Shown here piece by piece: positions 38,258 through 50,030 of a stretch of 64,000 bases of DNA. The translations under genes were made by a program, and so were the position numbers. The first letter of the stretch is position 1, and every line of letters starts with the position of its first letter. Location: assembly GCF_030013205.1 (NCBI RefSeq), contig NZ_CP122648.1, one strand, 5' to 3'. The notes beneath the pieces were generated by a model that saw nothing but the letters and a program-made list of their open reading frames with translations, was not told the DNA's origin and made no database searches. The stretch is from Escherichia coli (lineage in GTDB: Bacteria; Pseudomonadota; Gammaproteobacteria; Enterobacterales; Enterobacteriaceae).

Positions 38258-38905
38258 TTACACCTCTTCGGCGGCAGGTAGCGGCCAGCCTCCCAGACGT
38301 TTCCAGCGGTTGACGATTTCACAAAACAGCACAGCAGTGCGTTCGGTGTCGTACAGCGCGGAGTGCGCCTGGGTGCTGTCGAAGTCCATGCCAGCGGTCT
38401 GGCAAGCCTTTGACAATACGGTTTGTCCGAGTGCCAGCCCGGCAAGTGCAGCAGTGTCAAAAGTGGCGAAAGGGTGGAACGGGTTACGTTTCAGTGAGGC
38501 GCGTTCTGCGGCGGCCATCATAAAGCTGTGATCGAAATTGGCGTTGTGCGCCACCATAATGGCGCGGTTACAGCCGCTCGCTTTAATGCCTTTACGTACA
38601 ACTTTAAAAATTTCGTGCAGCGCCTCGTATTCGCTGACCGCGCCGCGATCGGGATCGTTCGGGTCAATGCCGTTGAAGGCGAGGGCCTCTGGCTGCAAAT
38701 TTGCGCCGACAAATGGTTCGACGTGGAAATGTAATGTGGTGTCCGGCATCAGCCAGCCTTGTTCATCCATTTTCAGGGTGATGGCGGCAATCTCAAGCAG
38801 CGCATCGGTTTTGGCGTTAAATCCGGCTGTTTCAACATCGATCACAACAGGATAAAAACCACGAAAACGGTCGCACAGACCGGTAAGTTGAGCGTTATCG
38901 GACAT
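38258..38905 (-). CDS. rnt: ribonuclease T
   Basis: 215 aa with DEDD exonuclease motifs; immediately upstream of lhr. Confidence 0.95.
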
Positions 38906-39007
38906 CTGATTCTCTTAATACGGATAAATTGCAGCGCGCATTATGACAAATATTACTTGTCGATGCAGTAAAGATGCGGGCGCGATGAGTTCACGCCCGG
39001 CAGGAGA

Positions 39008-39415
39008 TTAGTTGCCCAGACCGCGACCGGCGTCTTTCTCTTCGATTAACTCAATTTTGTAACCGTCCGGATCTTCCACAAACGCGATAACCGTAGTACC
39101 GCCTTTTACCGGACCCGCTTCACGGGTGACGTTACCCCCGTTTTGACGGATTTTTTCGCACGCTTCAGCGGCGTTATCAACGCTAAGCGCGATGTGACCA
39201 TAAGCCGTGCCGAGTTCGTATTTATCCACGCCCCAGTTGTAGGTCAGTTCAATCACCGCTTCTTCGGTTTCCGGGCCGTAGCCAACAAACGCCAGTGAGT
39301 ATTTGTATTCCGGGTTTTCGCTGGTACGCAGCAGTTTCATGCCCAGTACTTTGGTATAAAAATCGATGGAGCGTTGCAGATCGCCAACGCGCAGCATGGT
39401 ATGAAGAAGACGCAT
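39008..39415 (-). CDS. gloA: glyoxalase I (lactoylglutathione lyase)
   Basis: 135 aa [26 protein letters not shown]... Confidence 0.97.
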
Positions 39416-39495
39416 CTTTATATCCTCAAAATGGCTAACAGATTCAAAATGTTGTTTTAGTATAGCGGCGGCTTTGCGCCGCTCGCAATGTTGGA

Positions 39496-40593
39496 TTATA
39501 GCGTCGGGTAATCAGTGTAGCCTTCCGCGCCGCCACCGTAAAAACTTTCGGCACGCTGTGGGTTAAGCTCAGCTTTGCGCTGCAAGCGGGCGACCAGATC
39601 CGGGTTCGCAATCCAGTCACGACCAAATGCCACCGCATCAATTAACCCTTTGCCAATCAGCGTTTCGGCTTTTTCTACCGTGTATGCACCTGCGCCGATA
39701 ATCGGACCGTGGAAACGGGCGCGTACTTTTTCGCGGAACGCATCAGTATACGGTTCACCTCCCGCCCAATCTGGTTCTGACATATGCAGATAAGCAATGC
39801 CGCGTTTACCCAGTTGTTCAATCAGATACAGTGCATCGGCTTCTTCATTCGGGCCGTTATCCGTGTTCTGGAAAGTACCGATTGGCGAAACGCGAATGCC
39901 AATGCGATCGGCCCCCCATTCTTCAATCCCTGCATCGACCACTTCCAGCACCAGACGTGCGCGATTTTCCACGCTGCCGCCGTACTGATCGGTACGATGG
40001 TTTGAAGAAGGAGAAAGGAACTGATGCAGCAAATAACCATGAGCAGAGTGGAGCTCTACCAGATCAAAACCGGCTTCACGCGCGTTAGCAATGGCCTGAC
40101 GGAAATCATTGACGATACCCGGAATCTCTTCCAGTTCAAGCGCACGCGGCATGGATGTTTCAACACGGATCGCCTGACCATTTTCATCGCGCAGAGAAGT
40201 ACGTGTTCCCGCGCTAAGTGCGGAAGGCGCTACCGGTGCCTGACCGCCAGGTTGCAGGCTGGCGTGAGAAATGCGTCCGGTGTGCCACAGCTGTACGGCC
40301 ATATGACCATTTTCAGCATGAACGCCAGCGGTAATTTTTTTCCATGCGGCAATTTGTTCCGGACTATGGATGCCAGGTGCACCAGCATACCCTTTTGCCT
40401 GGGCAGAAATTTGCGTGGCTTCGCTAATAATCAAACCGGCACTGGCACGTTGGCGATAGTATTCCGCCATCAACGGGGTAGGGATGTCACCCGGTTCAAT
40501 ACTGCGCAGACGCGTCAGCGGTGCCATAAAAATACGGTTTGCCGCCGTGATCGCGCCCACTTTCAGTGGGGAATACAGTTTTTCAGATGACAT
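39496..40593 (-). CDS. nemA: N-ethylmaleimide reductase (Old Yellow Enzyme family)
   Basis: 365-aa ORF recognised as NemA. Confidence 0.95.
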
Positions 40594-40629
40594 AAAGGCT
40601 CCCGGTCGTCTGGTGATAAAAAATGCCTG

Positions 40630-41229
40630 CTAAACGGCAGGCGTCGCAATAATGGTTTTTACATGTGCCAGCGCGTTTTCCAGTGGCTCGGAATTGCGCG
40701 AAATTTTGGCCTGCAGATTCGCACCCAGCCATAGTGCGTAAAGCACTTGTGCCTGTTGCAGCGGTTCGCCACAAAAGGTTAAACAATGGCTATCACGGCC
40801 ATTTTCCAGCGCCTGCGAGAGCAGAACGATCACGCCGCGAGCGCCTTTATCCATCGCGCTACGCATATCTTCTGACAGATCGCACACTTCGGCAGAGAGT
40901 TTTACTGTCAGGCAACCACTGATGGTTCCATGTTGGCAAAACTGGTTCAGTGTTTGCTGGTAATAAGCCAGTATGCGGTCGCGGTAGTTACCTTCGCCGG
41001 ATTGCAGCAACTCAGTCAGTCGCTGGTGATATGCGGCGTAATGGCGCTCAAGCATGGCAACGCCAAACGCTTCTTTAGAGCGAAAGTAGTGATAGAAGGA
41101 CCCTTTCGGCACTTCAGCGGTTTTTAGTAATTCGCTTAGCCCCATCCCGGTGAATCCACGTTGCAGGCAAAGTTGCTCGCCCGTTGCCAGGAGATGTTCG
41201 CGAGTATCATGTTCGGTGTGTTTGTTCAT
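40630..41229 (-). CDS. nemR: TetR-family electrophile-sensing repressor NemR
   Basis: 199 aa, N-terminal TetR HTH; first gene of nemR-nemA-gloA. Confidence 0.93.
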   Translation of the reverse strand: MNKHTEHDTREHLLATGEQLCLQRGFTGMGLSELLKTAEVPKGSFYHYFRSKEAFGVAMLERHYAAYHQRLTELLQSGEGNYRDRILAYYQQTLNQFCQHGTISGCLTVKLSAEVCDLSEDMRSAMDKGARGVIVLLSQALENGRDSHCLTFCGEPLQQAQVLYALWLGANLQAKISRNSEPLENALAHVKTIIATPAV

Positions 41230-41243
41230 GCGTTGGAGTGTAG

Positions 41244-41259
41244 TAGACCAGTCGGTCTA
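41244..41259. promoter_or_regulatory. NemR operator (NemR box) in the nemR promoter
   Basis: Palindrome TAGACCAGTCGGTCTA 15 bp upstream of the nemR start codon. Confidence 0.6.
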
Positions 41260-41332
41260 GTGCAAGCAAAGTTGCTACTTTGGGCATTAACAGCTTCAAT
41301 AATGGTAATAATCTTATTTTGAGGAGGGCGAA

Positions 41333-41572
41333 GTGGCGGAGCAATTAGAGTTCTTTCCCGTCCAGAGCCCGTGCCGGGGAATTTGCCAGTCTGACGAACG
41401 CGGGTTTTGTCGCGGCTGTTTTCGTAGTCGGGATGAGCGTTTTAACTGGAATAAAATGAGCGATGGCGAAAAACAAGAGGTGCTGCGCCTTTGTCGGCAG
41501 CGATTAATGCGCAAATTACGCGCAAATAAGCCAGCGTCATCAGACGAACCGGAGCAACCATCACTCTTTTGA
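41333..41572 (+). CDS. ydhL: DUF1289-family Cys-rich small protein YdhL
   Basis: 79 aa with CxGxC...CxGC pattern; divergent from nemR. Confidence 0.85.
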   Translation: MAEQLEFFPVQSPCRGICQSDERGFCRGCFRSRDERFNWNKMSDGEKQEVLRLCRQRLMRKLRANKPASSDEPEQPSLF

Positions 41573-41620
41573 GCCTAATCTTGCGTATACTCCTCTCATA
41601 TCTGATAAGAGGAAGCGATT

Positions 41621-42517
41621 ATGGTTCAGCGTATTACTATTGCGCCGCAAGGCCCGGAGTTTTCCCGTTTTGTGATGGGCTACTGGCGATTGATGGACTG
41701 GAATATGTCCGCCCGCCAGCTGGTCAGTTTTATTGAAGAGCATCTGGATCTCGGCGTGACCACCGTGGACCATGCTGATATTTATGGTGGCTATCAGTGC
41801 GAAGCGGCGTTTGGCGAGGCGCTGAAACTTGCACCTCATCTGCGTGAACGGATGGAAATCGTCAGTAAATGCGGTATCGCGACGACCGCGCGTGAAGAAA
41901 ACGTCATTGGTCATTACATCACTGACCGCGATCACATCATTAAGAGCGCCGAACAGTCGCTAATTAATCTCGCGACCGATCATCTGGATCTGCTGTTAAT
42001 CCACCGACCAGACCCGTTAATGGATGCCGATGAAGTGGCGGACGCGTTTAAACATCTGCATCAGAGCGGCAAAGTGCGCCATTTTGGCGTATCGAACTTT
42101 ACGCCTGCGCAATTTGCCCTGTTGCAATCACGTCTGCCGTTTACCCTTGCCACTAATCAGGTGGAAATATCCCCGGTGCATCAGCCGTTACTGCTGGATG
42201 GCACGCTCGACCAACTGCAACAACTGCGTGTTCGTCCGATGGCGTGGTCCTGCCTTGGTGGTGGTCGTCTGTTTAATGATGATTATTTCCAGCCGCTGCG
42301 TGATGAACTGGCTGTGGTGGCGGAGGAGTTAAACGCGGGCTCGATTGAACAGGTGGTTTACGCCTGGGTATTACGTTTACCGTCGCAGCCGCTGCCAATT
42401 ATCGGCTCAGGTAAAATTGAGCGCGTACGGGCAGCTGTCGAAGCAGAAACACTGAAAATGACCCGTCAACAATGGTTCCGTATCCGTAAAGCGGCACTGG
42501 GTTACGACGTACCGTAA
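41621..42517 (+). CDS. ydhF: aldo-keto reductase family oxidoreductase YdhF
   Basis: 298-aa ORF recognised as YdhF. Confidence 0.9.
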   Translation: MVQRITIAPQGPEFSRFVMGYWRLMDWNMSARQLVSFIEEHLDLGVTTVDHADIYGGYQCEAAFGEALKLAPHLRERMEIVSKCGIATTAREENVIGHYITDRDHIIKSAEQSLINLATDHLDLLLIHRPDPLMDADEVADAFKHLHQSGKVRHFGVSNFTPAQFALLQSRLPFTLATNQVEISPVHQPLLLDGTLDQLQQLRVRPMAWSCLGGGRLFNDDYFQPLRDELAVVAEELNAGSIEQVVYAWVLRLPSQPLPIIGSGKIERVRAAVEAETLKMTRQQWFRIRKAALGYDVP

Positions 42518-42597
42518 GCACTTTTAGGAATAGCCGCCGTTCAAAAATGTGTCACTGGTTTACACTTATTCAGGAATGCACAATGAACGGAGGTCCT

Positions 42598-43119
42598 ATG
42601 AAACGTTTTAGTCTGGCCATTCTGGCGCTGGTTGTTGCGACCGGCGCACAAGCTGCCAGTGAAAAAGTCGAGATGAACCTCGTCACGTCGCAAGGGGTTG
42701 GGCAGTCAATTGGTAGCGTCACCATTACTGAAACCGATAAAGGTCTGGAGTTTTCGCCCGATCTGAAAGCATTACCCCCCGGTGAACATGGCTTCCATAT
42801 TCATGCCAAAGGAAGCTGCCAGCCAGCCACCAAAGATGGCAAAGCCAGCGCCGCGGAATCCGCAGGCGGGCATCTTGATCCACAAAATACCGGTAAACAT
42901 GAAGGGCCAGAAGGTGCCGGGCATTTAGGCGATCTGCCTGCACTGGTCGTCAATAATGACGGCAAAGCTACCGATGCCGTCATCGCACCTCGTCTGAAAT
43001 CACTGGATGAAGTCAAAGACAAAGCACTGATGGTCCACGTTGGCGGCGATAATATGTCCGATCAACCTAAACCGCTGGGCGGTGGCGGTGAACGCTATGC
43101 CTGTGGTGTAATTAAGTAA
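42598..43119 (+). CDS. sodC: periplasmic Cu,Zn superoxide dismutase
   Basis: Internal start MKRFSLAILALVVATGAQA (signal peptide) gives 173 aa; Cu/Zn ligand His motifs. Confidence 0.93.
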   Translation: MKRFSLAILALVVATGAQAASEKVEMNLVTSQGVGQSIGSVTITETDKGLEFSPDLKALPPGEHGFHIHAKGSCQPATKDGKASAAESAGGHLDPQNTGKHEGPEGAGHLGDLPALVVNNDGKATDAVIAPRLKSLDEVKDKALMVHVGGDNMSDQPKPLGGGGERYACGVIK

Positions 43120-45132
43120 TTAAGAGGCCAGCGTACCTTGTGGCGGTGCTTGCTCAAGTTGCGAAAGCGAGCAGTACAGCCGCCAGACAATTGCCGCCAG
43201 CTCGCGGGCGGCAGGTTGATGATGGCGGGCAAGGCTGTCGCAAATCCGCTGTAATTCTTCAAGTGTGGCCGCCAGTGATTTTTGCTGAACGCCACGCTCA
43301 CTCATCACTCCGCGCAACAGTGAAATACAGTTATCCCGTACTCGCGATAACGGATCGGAACGCGATTCCCAGTCGCGCAATTGCCAGACAACATGAGAAC
43401 AGTTCAGCAGCACTACACCCCAGCGTAATAACCAACGGCGAGCCAGCGCATCTTGGCTGTTACTCAACTGACTGACGTGATGATAAGTGAGCGATTCAAA
43501 TTCGCTTTCACTCAGTGTTGGATGGCGGCTTAGCTGATCGACAAAATCCCGGCGCAGCGCGCGAATATGACGACGGCTTTTACGAGCATCCGACCCTGGA
43601 CGCAAAATGGCGAACGCTAACCACGCCAGCGCAACGCCAACGATTTTTGCCAGATTATCGTTAAGAAAATCAGCAAAATCATACACCGGGGGATTAGTGA
43701 CAGCGATAAACGAACCCATAAAAACAATCAGTTGCCCCCACAGTGCGGCAAATTTGGGCATCTGCAATTTAAGAAGCTGCATTGTCGCCAGCAGTGGAAA
43801 GAGAAACAGTAAAAATTGCCACAGATCGCTAATCTGGACCATCAGGCCAAATTTGACCACAAAGCTGAATAGCGAAAGTAACACCAGAGTGCGCATCAGT
43901 AGTGACAACGACTTAAACGGTGCTGCGACGGCGGAGTAGAGTACGCAGCTAATTGCTGCCAGCGTTAATGCATTGGCACCGGCATCCCATTGCGAAGCAA
44001 TACTCCATGCGCCAATCATCATCAACGTACAAAATGTACGCAGTCCGCTCCACATAGCTTCGGCGTTATCGGTATGACGAGCCAGGCCGGATGTCCGTGG
44101 GAGTCTGGTATGATCATCCACACCGCTTTGCAGACGATGTAATTCCTGACTACTTTGCAGATAAAGGCGGCAAAAATAACGTAGTCGCTGCCAGAAGGCG
44201 ACGTGCCGGTAGTCGGCGACGTTGGTCGGGCGTAGCGGGGCGATAATACGTGCGACGGTGTAAACATCTGTTTGCGAACTGGCGAGCGCCGTCAGCAGCT
44301 GTTCGAGAATTTCTCGTGTGGCACATGGCGGTGAGGGCCAGTTGAGCAACATACGTCGCAGGCTGGAGATGACACTGGTCATACGTAATTGCTGGTGGAG
44401 CAGCGCATTAAGGCGTGCGTTTTGCTGGCGAAAACGATAGTGGCTCCAGAAAGCCTGGATACGGAGCAAATTCATGGTCAGTATCTGTCCAATCACCCCC
44501 TCATGTGCTGCACGAATGGCATCGGTTGTTTCAGGCTGCCAGAGTAAACTGGCATGTTCCAGTAATCGGGCGTGCATGTTTTTCAATGCGGTTAAAAGGG
44601 CAGTAGCATCGGAACTGCTCGGCAGGATCATCATCATCATGCCGCCGCACAAAATACCGACAATCACCTCGCAAACGCGCGCCTGAGCGATATCCCACAG
44701 CTGGCTGGCCTCAGTAATATTAACCATCGGAAAGGCGATGATGGCAGCCGTGTAGCCCGCCAGTTGAAATGCATACGCGACATTATTCGTGAAGTGCGCA
44801 CAGGCCCAGGTACAAAAGCCAAGCCACGCCGCCATGCTCAAAAGAAAAAACCACGGCTCATTGAGCGTATGTCCGGCAAGAAGCAGTGCCGCAATGGCTC
44901 CGAGCAAACTGCCAGCGATGCGTCCGAGGCTTTTGCTGATGACACCGTCAACGGTGGGAAAGCTAACCACGGCAGCCGAGGTCATCGCCCAATAGGGTTC
45001 ATCCAGATTTAAATAATAGGCAACCGTCAGCGCCAGACACATGGCAATGGTATTGCGTAACGCATAACGCCATTGCGCCAGCGTGGCCCTGAACCAGGGC
45101 AAATTGCGTAAGGACCATGACGATGCGTTCAT
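43120..45132 (-). CDS. ydhK: FUSC-family (AaeB-like) putative efflux transporter YdhK
   Basis: 670 aa with two hydrophobic domains separated by a cytoplasmic region. Confidence 0.88.
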   Translation of the reverse strand: MNASSWSLRNLPWFRATLAQWRYALRNTIAMCLALTVAYYLNLDEPYWAMTSAAVVSFPTVDGVISKSLGRIAGSLLGAIAALLLAGHTLNEPWFFLLSMAAWLGFCTWACAHFTNNVAYAFQLAGYTAAIIAFPMVNITEASQLWDIAQARVCEVIVGILCGGMMMMILPSSSDATALLTALKNMHARLLEHASLLWQPETTDAIRAAHEGVIGQILTMNLLRIQAFWSHYRFRQQNARLNALLHQQLRMTSVISSLRRMLLNWPSPPCATREILEQLLTALASSQTDVYTVARIIAPLRPTNVADYRHVAFWQRLRYFCRLYLQSSQELHRLQSGVDDHTRLPRTSGLARHTDNAEAMWSGLRTFCTLMMIGAWSIASQWDAGANALTLAAISCVLYSAVAAPFKSLSLLMRTLVLLSLFSFVVKFGLMVQISDLWQFLLFLFPLLATMQLLKLQMPKFAALWGQLIVFMGSFIAVTNPPVYDFADFLNDNLAKIVGVALAWLAFAILRPGSDARKSRRHIRALRRDFVDQLSRHPTLSESEFESLTYHHVSQLSNSQDALARRWLLRWGVVLLNCSHVVWQLRDWESRSDPLSRVRDNCISLLRGVMSERGVQQKSLAATLEELQRICDSLARHHQPAARELAAIVWRLYCSLSQLEQAPPQGTLAS

Positions 45133-45989
45133 TATTGACCTACGGCAATGCTACAGGTGGTGCCCGACACCAGCGTGACATCGCCTGGGACTTTATCCAG
45201 CGCAAAGCGGACGGGAACGCGTTGGGCAAGTCGAACCCAGGGGACGTTAGGTTTCACATCCGGAATAAGGCTTGAGTCACTTTCAACGCTCTGATCATAA
45301 ATCGCCCGACCGATACTGGAAACGTGACCCTGTAACGTTTTGTTATCACTATAGAGGGTAATTTGTGCTGGTGCACCTTCGCGGATATGGCGCAACTTGG
45401 TTTCTTCAAAATAACCAATGACGTAAAACGAGTGGCTGTCGACAAGGGCAAACAGCGGTTTCCCGGTGTCAGCGTAATCGCCGATGCGGGTAGTGAGGTT
45501 AGTCACCCATCCACTCACCGGGGCGCGAATTTCCGTTTGCGCCAGTTGCCATTGTGCCTGTTTCAGCGTCGCCTGTGCGGCATCAACACTGGCCTGCATC
45601 GCTTTAACATTGAGGTTAGCGGTATCGAGTTCTTCGGCAGAAATAAAATTTTGTGAGAGATGACGACGACGATTCGCTTCGTTATTGGCTTTTGCGAGGT
45701 CAGATTGCGCTTTCGCCAGCTGAGCCTGTGCGTTCAGCTCGGCGATCTGAAAGGGCGTTTTATCGATCGTGAGCAGAAGATCCCCCGCGTTAACCAGTTG
45801 GTTGTCTTTTATATTCAGCTCAACAATACGTCCCGACACCTGAGGGGTGATAGAAACCTGTTCTGCGCGTATTTTCCCGTCGCGTGTCCACGGAGATTGC
45901 ATGTAATAATTCCACAGCCACCATCCGGCAAGAACCGCAACTACCGCTACAATGATTGTTGAGAAATACTTAATTGTTTTAATTGACAT
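45132..45989 (-). CDS. ydhJ: HlyD-family membrane-fusion protein YdhJ (AaeA-like)
   Basis: ORF 45132..46031; internal start MSIKTIKYF gives 285 aa; 1-nt overlap with ydhK start. Confidence 0.88.
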   Translation of the reverse strand: MSIKTIKYFSTIIVAVVAVLAGWWLWNYYMQSPWTRDGKIRAEQVSITPQVSGRIVELNIKDNQLVNAGDLLLTIDKTPFQIAELNAQAQLAKAQSDLAKANNEANRRRHLSQNFISAEELDTANLNVKAMQASVDAAQATLKQAQWQLAQTEIRAPVSGWVTNLTTRIGDYADTGKPLFALVDSHSFYVIGYFEETKLRHIREGAPAQITLYSDNKTLQGHVSSIGRAIYDQSVESDSSLIPDVKPNVPWVRLAQRVPVRFALDKVPGDVTLVSGTTCSIAVGQ

Positions 45990-45991
45990 AG

Positions 45992-46228
45992 TTACCACGC
46001 AATCAGTATTGCCAGGGCAAGGCAAACGCAAATCGCAAACAGCGATAAATCCATTAACAAGGGATGCCAGATGTCACCGGCGTAGATCCAGCCACGAAGC
46101 AGGCGGTGTACGACAAGCCAGATGACGAATCCAAACGCGAAGGCTTTGAAAAACGGAGGAAAGTAGACGGACGCACCGAACACCAGATCTTGTAAGGGCA
46201 ATCCTGTTGCATTGAGCATAAACTTCAC
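45992..46228 (-). CDS. ydhI: DUF1656-family small membrane protein YdhI (AaeX-like)
   Basis: 78-aa hydrophobic ORF. Confidence 0.85.
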
Positions 46229-46400
46229 AAAGTAGATTCCTTTACGACCGAATATATTGCGTTAGATTAATAAATATTCTTTAAGTGCGAAAAATTTACG
46301 CGCAATTTCTGAAAAATATGTCTGACGGTAACCAAATGCAGCAATACATTTGTTTTAGCAATACAATTGCTGCACACTATTCTAAAAGCCGCATTATATC

Positions 46401-46412
46401 TTAGCAAGCTAA
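46401..46412. promoter_or_regulatory. SlyA binding site in the slyA/ydhI divergent promoter region
   Basis: Perfect palindrome TTAGCAAGCTAA (SlyA consensus) about 10 bp upstream of the slyA ORF. Confidence 0.65.
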
Positions 46413-46422
46413 TTATAAGGAG

Positions 46423-46863
46423 ATGAAATTGGAATCGCCACTAGGTTCTGATCTGGCACGGTTGGTGCGCATATGGCGTGCTCTGATAGACCATCGCCTG
46501 AAACCGCTGGAGTTAACACAAACCCATTGGGTTACGTTACACAATATCCATCAGTTACCTCCAGACCAGTCGCAAATTCAACTGGCAAAAGCGATTGGCA
46601 TCGAGCAGCCATCACTGGTCCGTACTCTGGACCAACTGGAAGAAAAAGGGTTAATTTCGCGTCAAACTTGTGCCAGCGATCGTCGGGCTAAACGTATTAA
46701 ACTGACGGAAAAGGCAGAGCCGCTGATCAGCGAAATGGAAGCTGTTATTAACAAAACCCGCGCGGAAATTTTACATGGCATCTCCGCAGAGGAACTGGAA
46801 CAACTGATTAAGCTCATCGCAAAACTTGAGCATAATATCATTGAGTTACAGGCCAAAGGGTGA
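46423..46863 (+). CDS. slyA: MarR-family transcriptional regulator SlyA
   Basis: 146-aa ORF; the annotated 144-aa product would start at the TTG at 46429. Confidence 0.93.
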
Positions 46864-46874
46864 AATGAAGGGGA

Positions 46875-46900
46875 CGTGTGGTCAGTAACCTGACCACACG
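46875..46900. terminator. hairpin between convergent slyA and slyB
   Basis: CGTGTGGTCAG-TAAC-CTGACCACACG perfect 11-bp stem; no strong T-run. Confidence 0.5.
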
Positions 46901-46909
46901 CAAACTTAT

Positions 46910-47377
46910 TTAGCGCGGGGAAACGGTCACCTGACTGCCATTGCTGGCCAGTACGACACGTTGGCCCGGAGAGAAACGAGTGTTGCCTTGTTTCTGTACC
47001 ACCATGATGGTATTACCATCGTCTTTACGAATTTCCAGCTCGACACCCTGCGTTTTGTTCATTGCACTCTGTACGCCCTGACCGGCTACGCCACCTGCAA
47101 CAGCGCCTGCAGCAGTAGCCAGAGAACGCCCGGTTCCGCCACCAACAGTATTCCCCAGGAAACCACCAAGAACAGCACCGCCAATTGCGCCGATAACGTT
47201 GGAATCATCACCGCCCTGAATCTGTACCGGACGTACGTTAACGATGGTGCCATAGCTGACATTCTGTACTTGTTTCGCTTCAGAAGCGGTATAAACATCC
47301 CCTGACAGGGTGTCGTTATTAACACAACCGACAAGAGACAGACCTACCATTGAAACAACCAATACGCGTTTAATCAT
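46910..47377 (-). CDS. slyB: outer-membrane lipoprotein SlyB
   Basis: 155 aa, lipobox LVGC, Gly-rich region. Confidence 0.93.
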   Translation of the reverse strand: MIKRVLVVSMVGLSLVGCVNNDTLSGDVYTASEAKQVQNVSYGTIVNVRPVQIQGGDDSNVIGAIGGAVLGGFLGNTVGGGTGRSLATAAGAVAGGVAGQGVQSAMNKTQGVELEIRKDDGNTIMVVQKQGNTRFSPGQRVVLASNGSQVTVSPR

Positions 47378-47650
47378 TGAAAAATCTCCTGTTCACCATG
47401 AAACGCCACGCAAGCATCCCTCATGGTCAAAGTATATGGCATATGTGAATCCATGGTTACATGTTCTACCAAATATGAGCAAATCATAATGAAAGTAGGA
47501 TCAACCAATTATAAACAAAACATTCATGATGATTATTGATTTGAAGATAATGTTTTACTACCAACGGTAAAAATCGGTCATTCCGCATGGTATTCACGAA
47601 AAGTTTATGTTTGAGTGGTGCGCAAACGTCAGATTGAAAAAGGATGAACT

Positions 47651-48760
47651 ATGAAATCGGGCCGCTTTATTGGCGTTATGTCAGGCACCAGCCTTGATGG
47701 TGTTGATGTTGTGTTGGCGACAATTGATGAACACCGGGTCGCACAGCTGGCAAGTTTGAGCTGGCCGATCCCGGTGTCTCTGAAACAGGCTGTACTGGAT
47801 ATTTGCCAGGGCCAGCAGCTTACACTTTCGCAGTTTGGACAACTTGATACTCAACTCGGGCGACTTTTTGCTGATGCGGTCAATGCCTTGCTTAAGGAAC
47901 AAAACCTGCAGGCGAGAGATATCGTTGCGATCGGCTGTCACGGTCAAACCGTCTGGCATGAACCGACGGGCGTGGCACCACACACTTTACAGATTGGCGA
48001 TAACAATCAAATTGTGGCACGCACCGGAATTACGGTTGTCGGTGATTTTCGCCGTCGCGATATTGCCTTGGGAGGACAAGGCGCACCGCTGGTACCTGCG
48101 TTCCATCATGCGCTGCTGGCTCACCCAACCGAGCGACGAATGGTGCTCAATATTGGTGGCATTGCCAATCTGTCACTGCTCATTCCTGGGCAGCCGGTAG
48201 GGGGCTACGATACCGGCCCTGGTAACATGCTGATGGATGCCTGGATCTGGCGTCAGGCAGGTAAACCTTACGATAAAGATGCCGAGTGGGCACGGGCGGG
48301 TAAAGTCATTCTCCCTCTGCTGCAAAATATGCTTAGCGACCCGTATTTCTCGCAACCTGCACCGAAAAGCACCGGACGCGAATACTTTAACTACGGTTGG
48401 CTGGAGCGCCATTTGCGCCATTTTCCGGGTGTTGATCCCCGAGATGTACAGGCGACACTGGCAGAACTCACCGCCGTGACCATTTCTGAACAAGTTTTGT
48501 TGAGCGGTGGCTGCGAACGATTGATGGTATGTGGTGGAGGAAGTCGTAATCCGCTACTCATGGCGCGTCTGGCGGCATTACTGCCAGGCACAGAAGTCAC
48601 CACCACCGATGCCGTTGGCATTAGTGGCGATGACATGGAAGCATTGGCTTTCGCCTGGCTTGCCTGGCGGACGCTTGCGGGATTACCAGGAAATCTGCCT
48701 TCCGTCACTGGCGCAAGCCTGGAGACGGTACTGGGGGCTATTTTCCCCGCTAACCCGTGA
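47651..48760 (+). CDS. anmK: anhydro-N-acetylmuramic acid kinase
   Basis: 369 aa [27 protein letters not shown]... Confidence 0.93.
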   Translation: MKSGRFIGVMSGTSLDGVDVVLATIDEHRVAQLASLSWPIPVSLKQAVLDICQGQQLTLSQFGQLDTQLGRLFADAVNALLKEQNLQARDIVAIGCHGQTVWHEPTGVAPHTLQIGDNNQIVARTGITVVGDFRRRDIALGGQGAPLVPAFHHALLAHPTERRMVLNIGGIANLSLLIPGQPVGGYDTGPGNMLMDAWIWRQAGKPYDKDAEWARAGKVILPLLQNMLSDPYFSQPAPKSTGREYFNYGWLERHLRHFPGVDPRDVQATLAELTAVTISEQVLLSGGCERLMVCGGGSRNPLLMARLAALLPGTEVTTTDAVGISGDDMEALAFAWLAWRTLAGLPGNLPSVTGASLETVLGAIFPANP

Positions 48761-48857
48761 TATCAGAGTTAACTGAATTTTTCTTACCGCGTCTGCCGTT
48801 ACACTTGGAACGTTAGGGAGGGTGTATTGCCCTCCAGACCAGGAAAGTCTTCGGGAA

Positions 48858-49187
48858 ATGTCTATGAAAAAACTGTTACTGATCTGTTTGCCGGTGCTTC
48901 TCACCGGCTGTAGCGCGTTCAATCAGCTGGTTGAGCGCATGCAAACCGATACGCTGGAATACCAGTGTGATGAAAAACCGTTGACGGTCAAACTGAATAA
49001 TCCGCGCCAGGAGGTCAGTTTTGTATACGATAATCAACTACTGCATCTCAAACAGGGCATTTCAGCCTCTGGCGCGCGTTACACTGACGGAATCTATGTT
49101 TTCTGGTCGAAAGGCGATGAAGCGACTGTCTATAAACGCGACCGCATCGTCTTGAATAACTGTCAGTTACAAAATCCACAGCGTTGA
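48858..49187 (+). CDS. mliC: membrane-bound lysozyme inhibitor of C-type lysozyme MliC (YdhA)
   Basis: Internal start [21 protein letters not shown] (lipoprotein signal) gives 109 aa. Confidence 0.88.
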   Translation: MSMKKLLLICLPVLLTGCSAFNQLVERMQTDTLEYQCDEKPLTVKLNNPRQEVSFVYDNQLLHLKQGISASGARYTDGIYVFWSKGDEATVYKRDRIVLNNCQLQNPQR

Positions 49188-49245
49188 GATTTTTCCAGGG
49201 GCGGCGCACAATAGCGTCACCCACTGACAATCCGTAAAGAAAACC

Positions 49246-49902
49246 ATGTCTGATAACGACGAATTGCAGCAAATCGCGCATCTGCGCCGTGAATACACCA
49301 AAGGCGGGTTACGCCGCCGCGATCTTCCCGCCGATCCATTAACCCTTTTTGAACGCTGGCTCTCTCAGGCGTGTGAAGCCAAACTGGCGGACCCTACCGC
49401 GATGGTGGTCGCTACCGTGGATGAACATGGTCAGCCTTATCAGCGCATCGTTTTACTCAAACATTACGACGAAAAAGGCATGGTGTTTTACACCAACCTC
49501 GGCAGCCGTAAAGCACATCAAATCGAAAATAATCCGCGCGTTAGCCTGCTGTTCCCGTGGCATACCCTTGAGCGCCAGGTGATGGTGATCGGTAAAGCGG
49601 AACGACTTTCGACTCTCGAAGTGATGAAATATTTTCATAGCCGCCCGCGTGATAGCCAGATTGGTGCATGGGTTTCGAAGCAGTCCAGTCGCATTTCTGC
49701 CCGCGGTATCCTTGAAAGTAAATTCCTGGAGCTGAAGCAGAAGTTTCAACAGGGCGAAGTGCCATTGCCGAGTTTTTGGGGCGGTTTTCGCGTCAGCCTT
49801 GAACAGATTGAGTTCTGGCAGGGCGGTGAGCATCGCCTGCATGACCGCTTTTTGTACCAGCGTGAAAATGATGCGTGGAAGATTGATCGTCTTGCCCCCT
49901 GA
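49246..49902 (+). CDS. pdxH: pyridoxine/pyridoxamine 5'-phosphate oxidase
   Basis: 218-aa ORF recognised as PdxH. Confidence 0.95.
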
Positions 49903-50030
49903 AAAGATGCAAAAATCTTGCTTTAATCGCTGGTACTCCTGATTCTGGCACTTTATTCTATGTCTCTTTCGCATCTGGCGAAAAGTCGTGTACCGGCAAA
50001 GGTGCAGTCGTTATATACATGGAGATTTTG

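Noticed and set aside
47378-47650. PhoP box upstream of slyB
   Set aside because: slyB is known to be PhoP-regulated, but I could not find a convincing (T/G)GTTTA-N5-(T/G)GTTTA direct repeat by eye, so no site is reported
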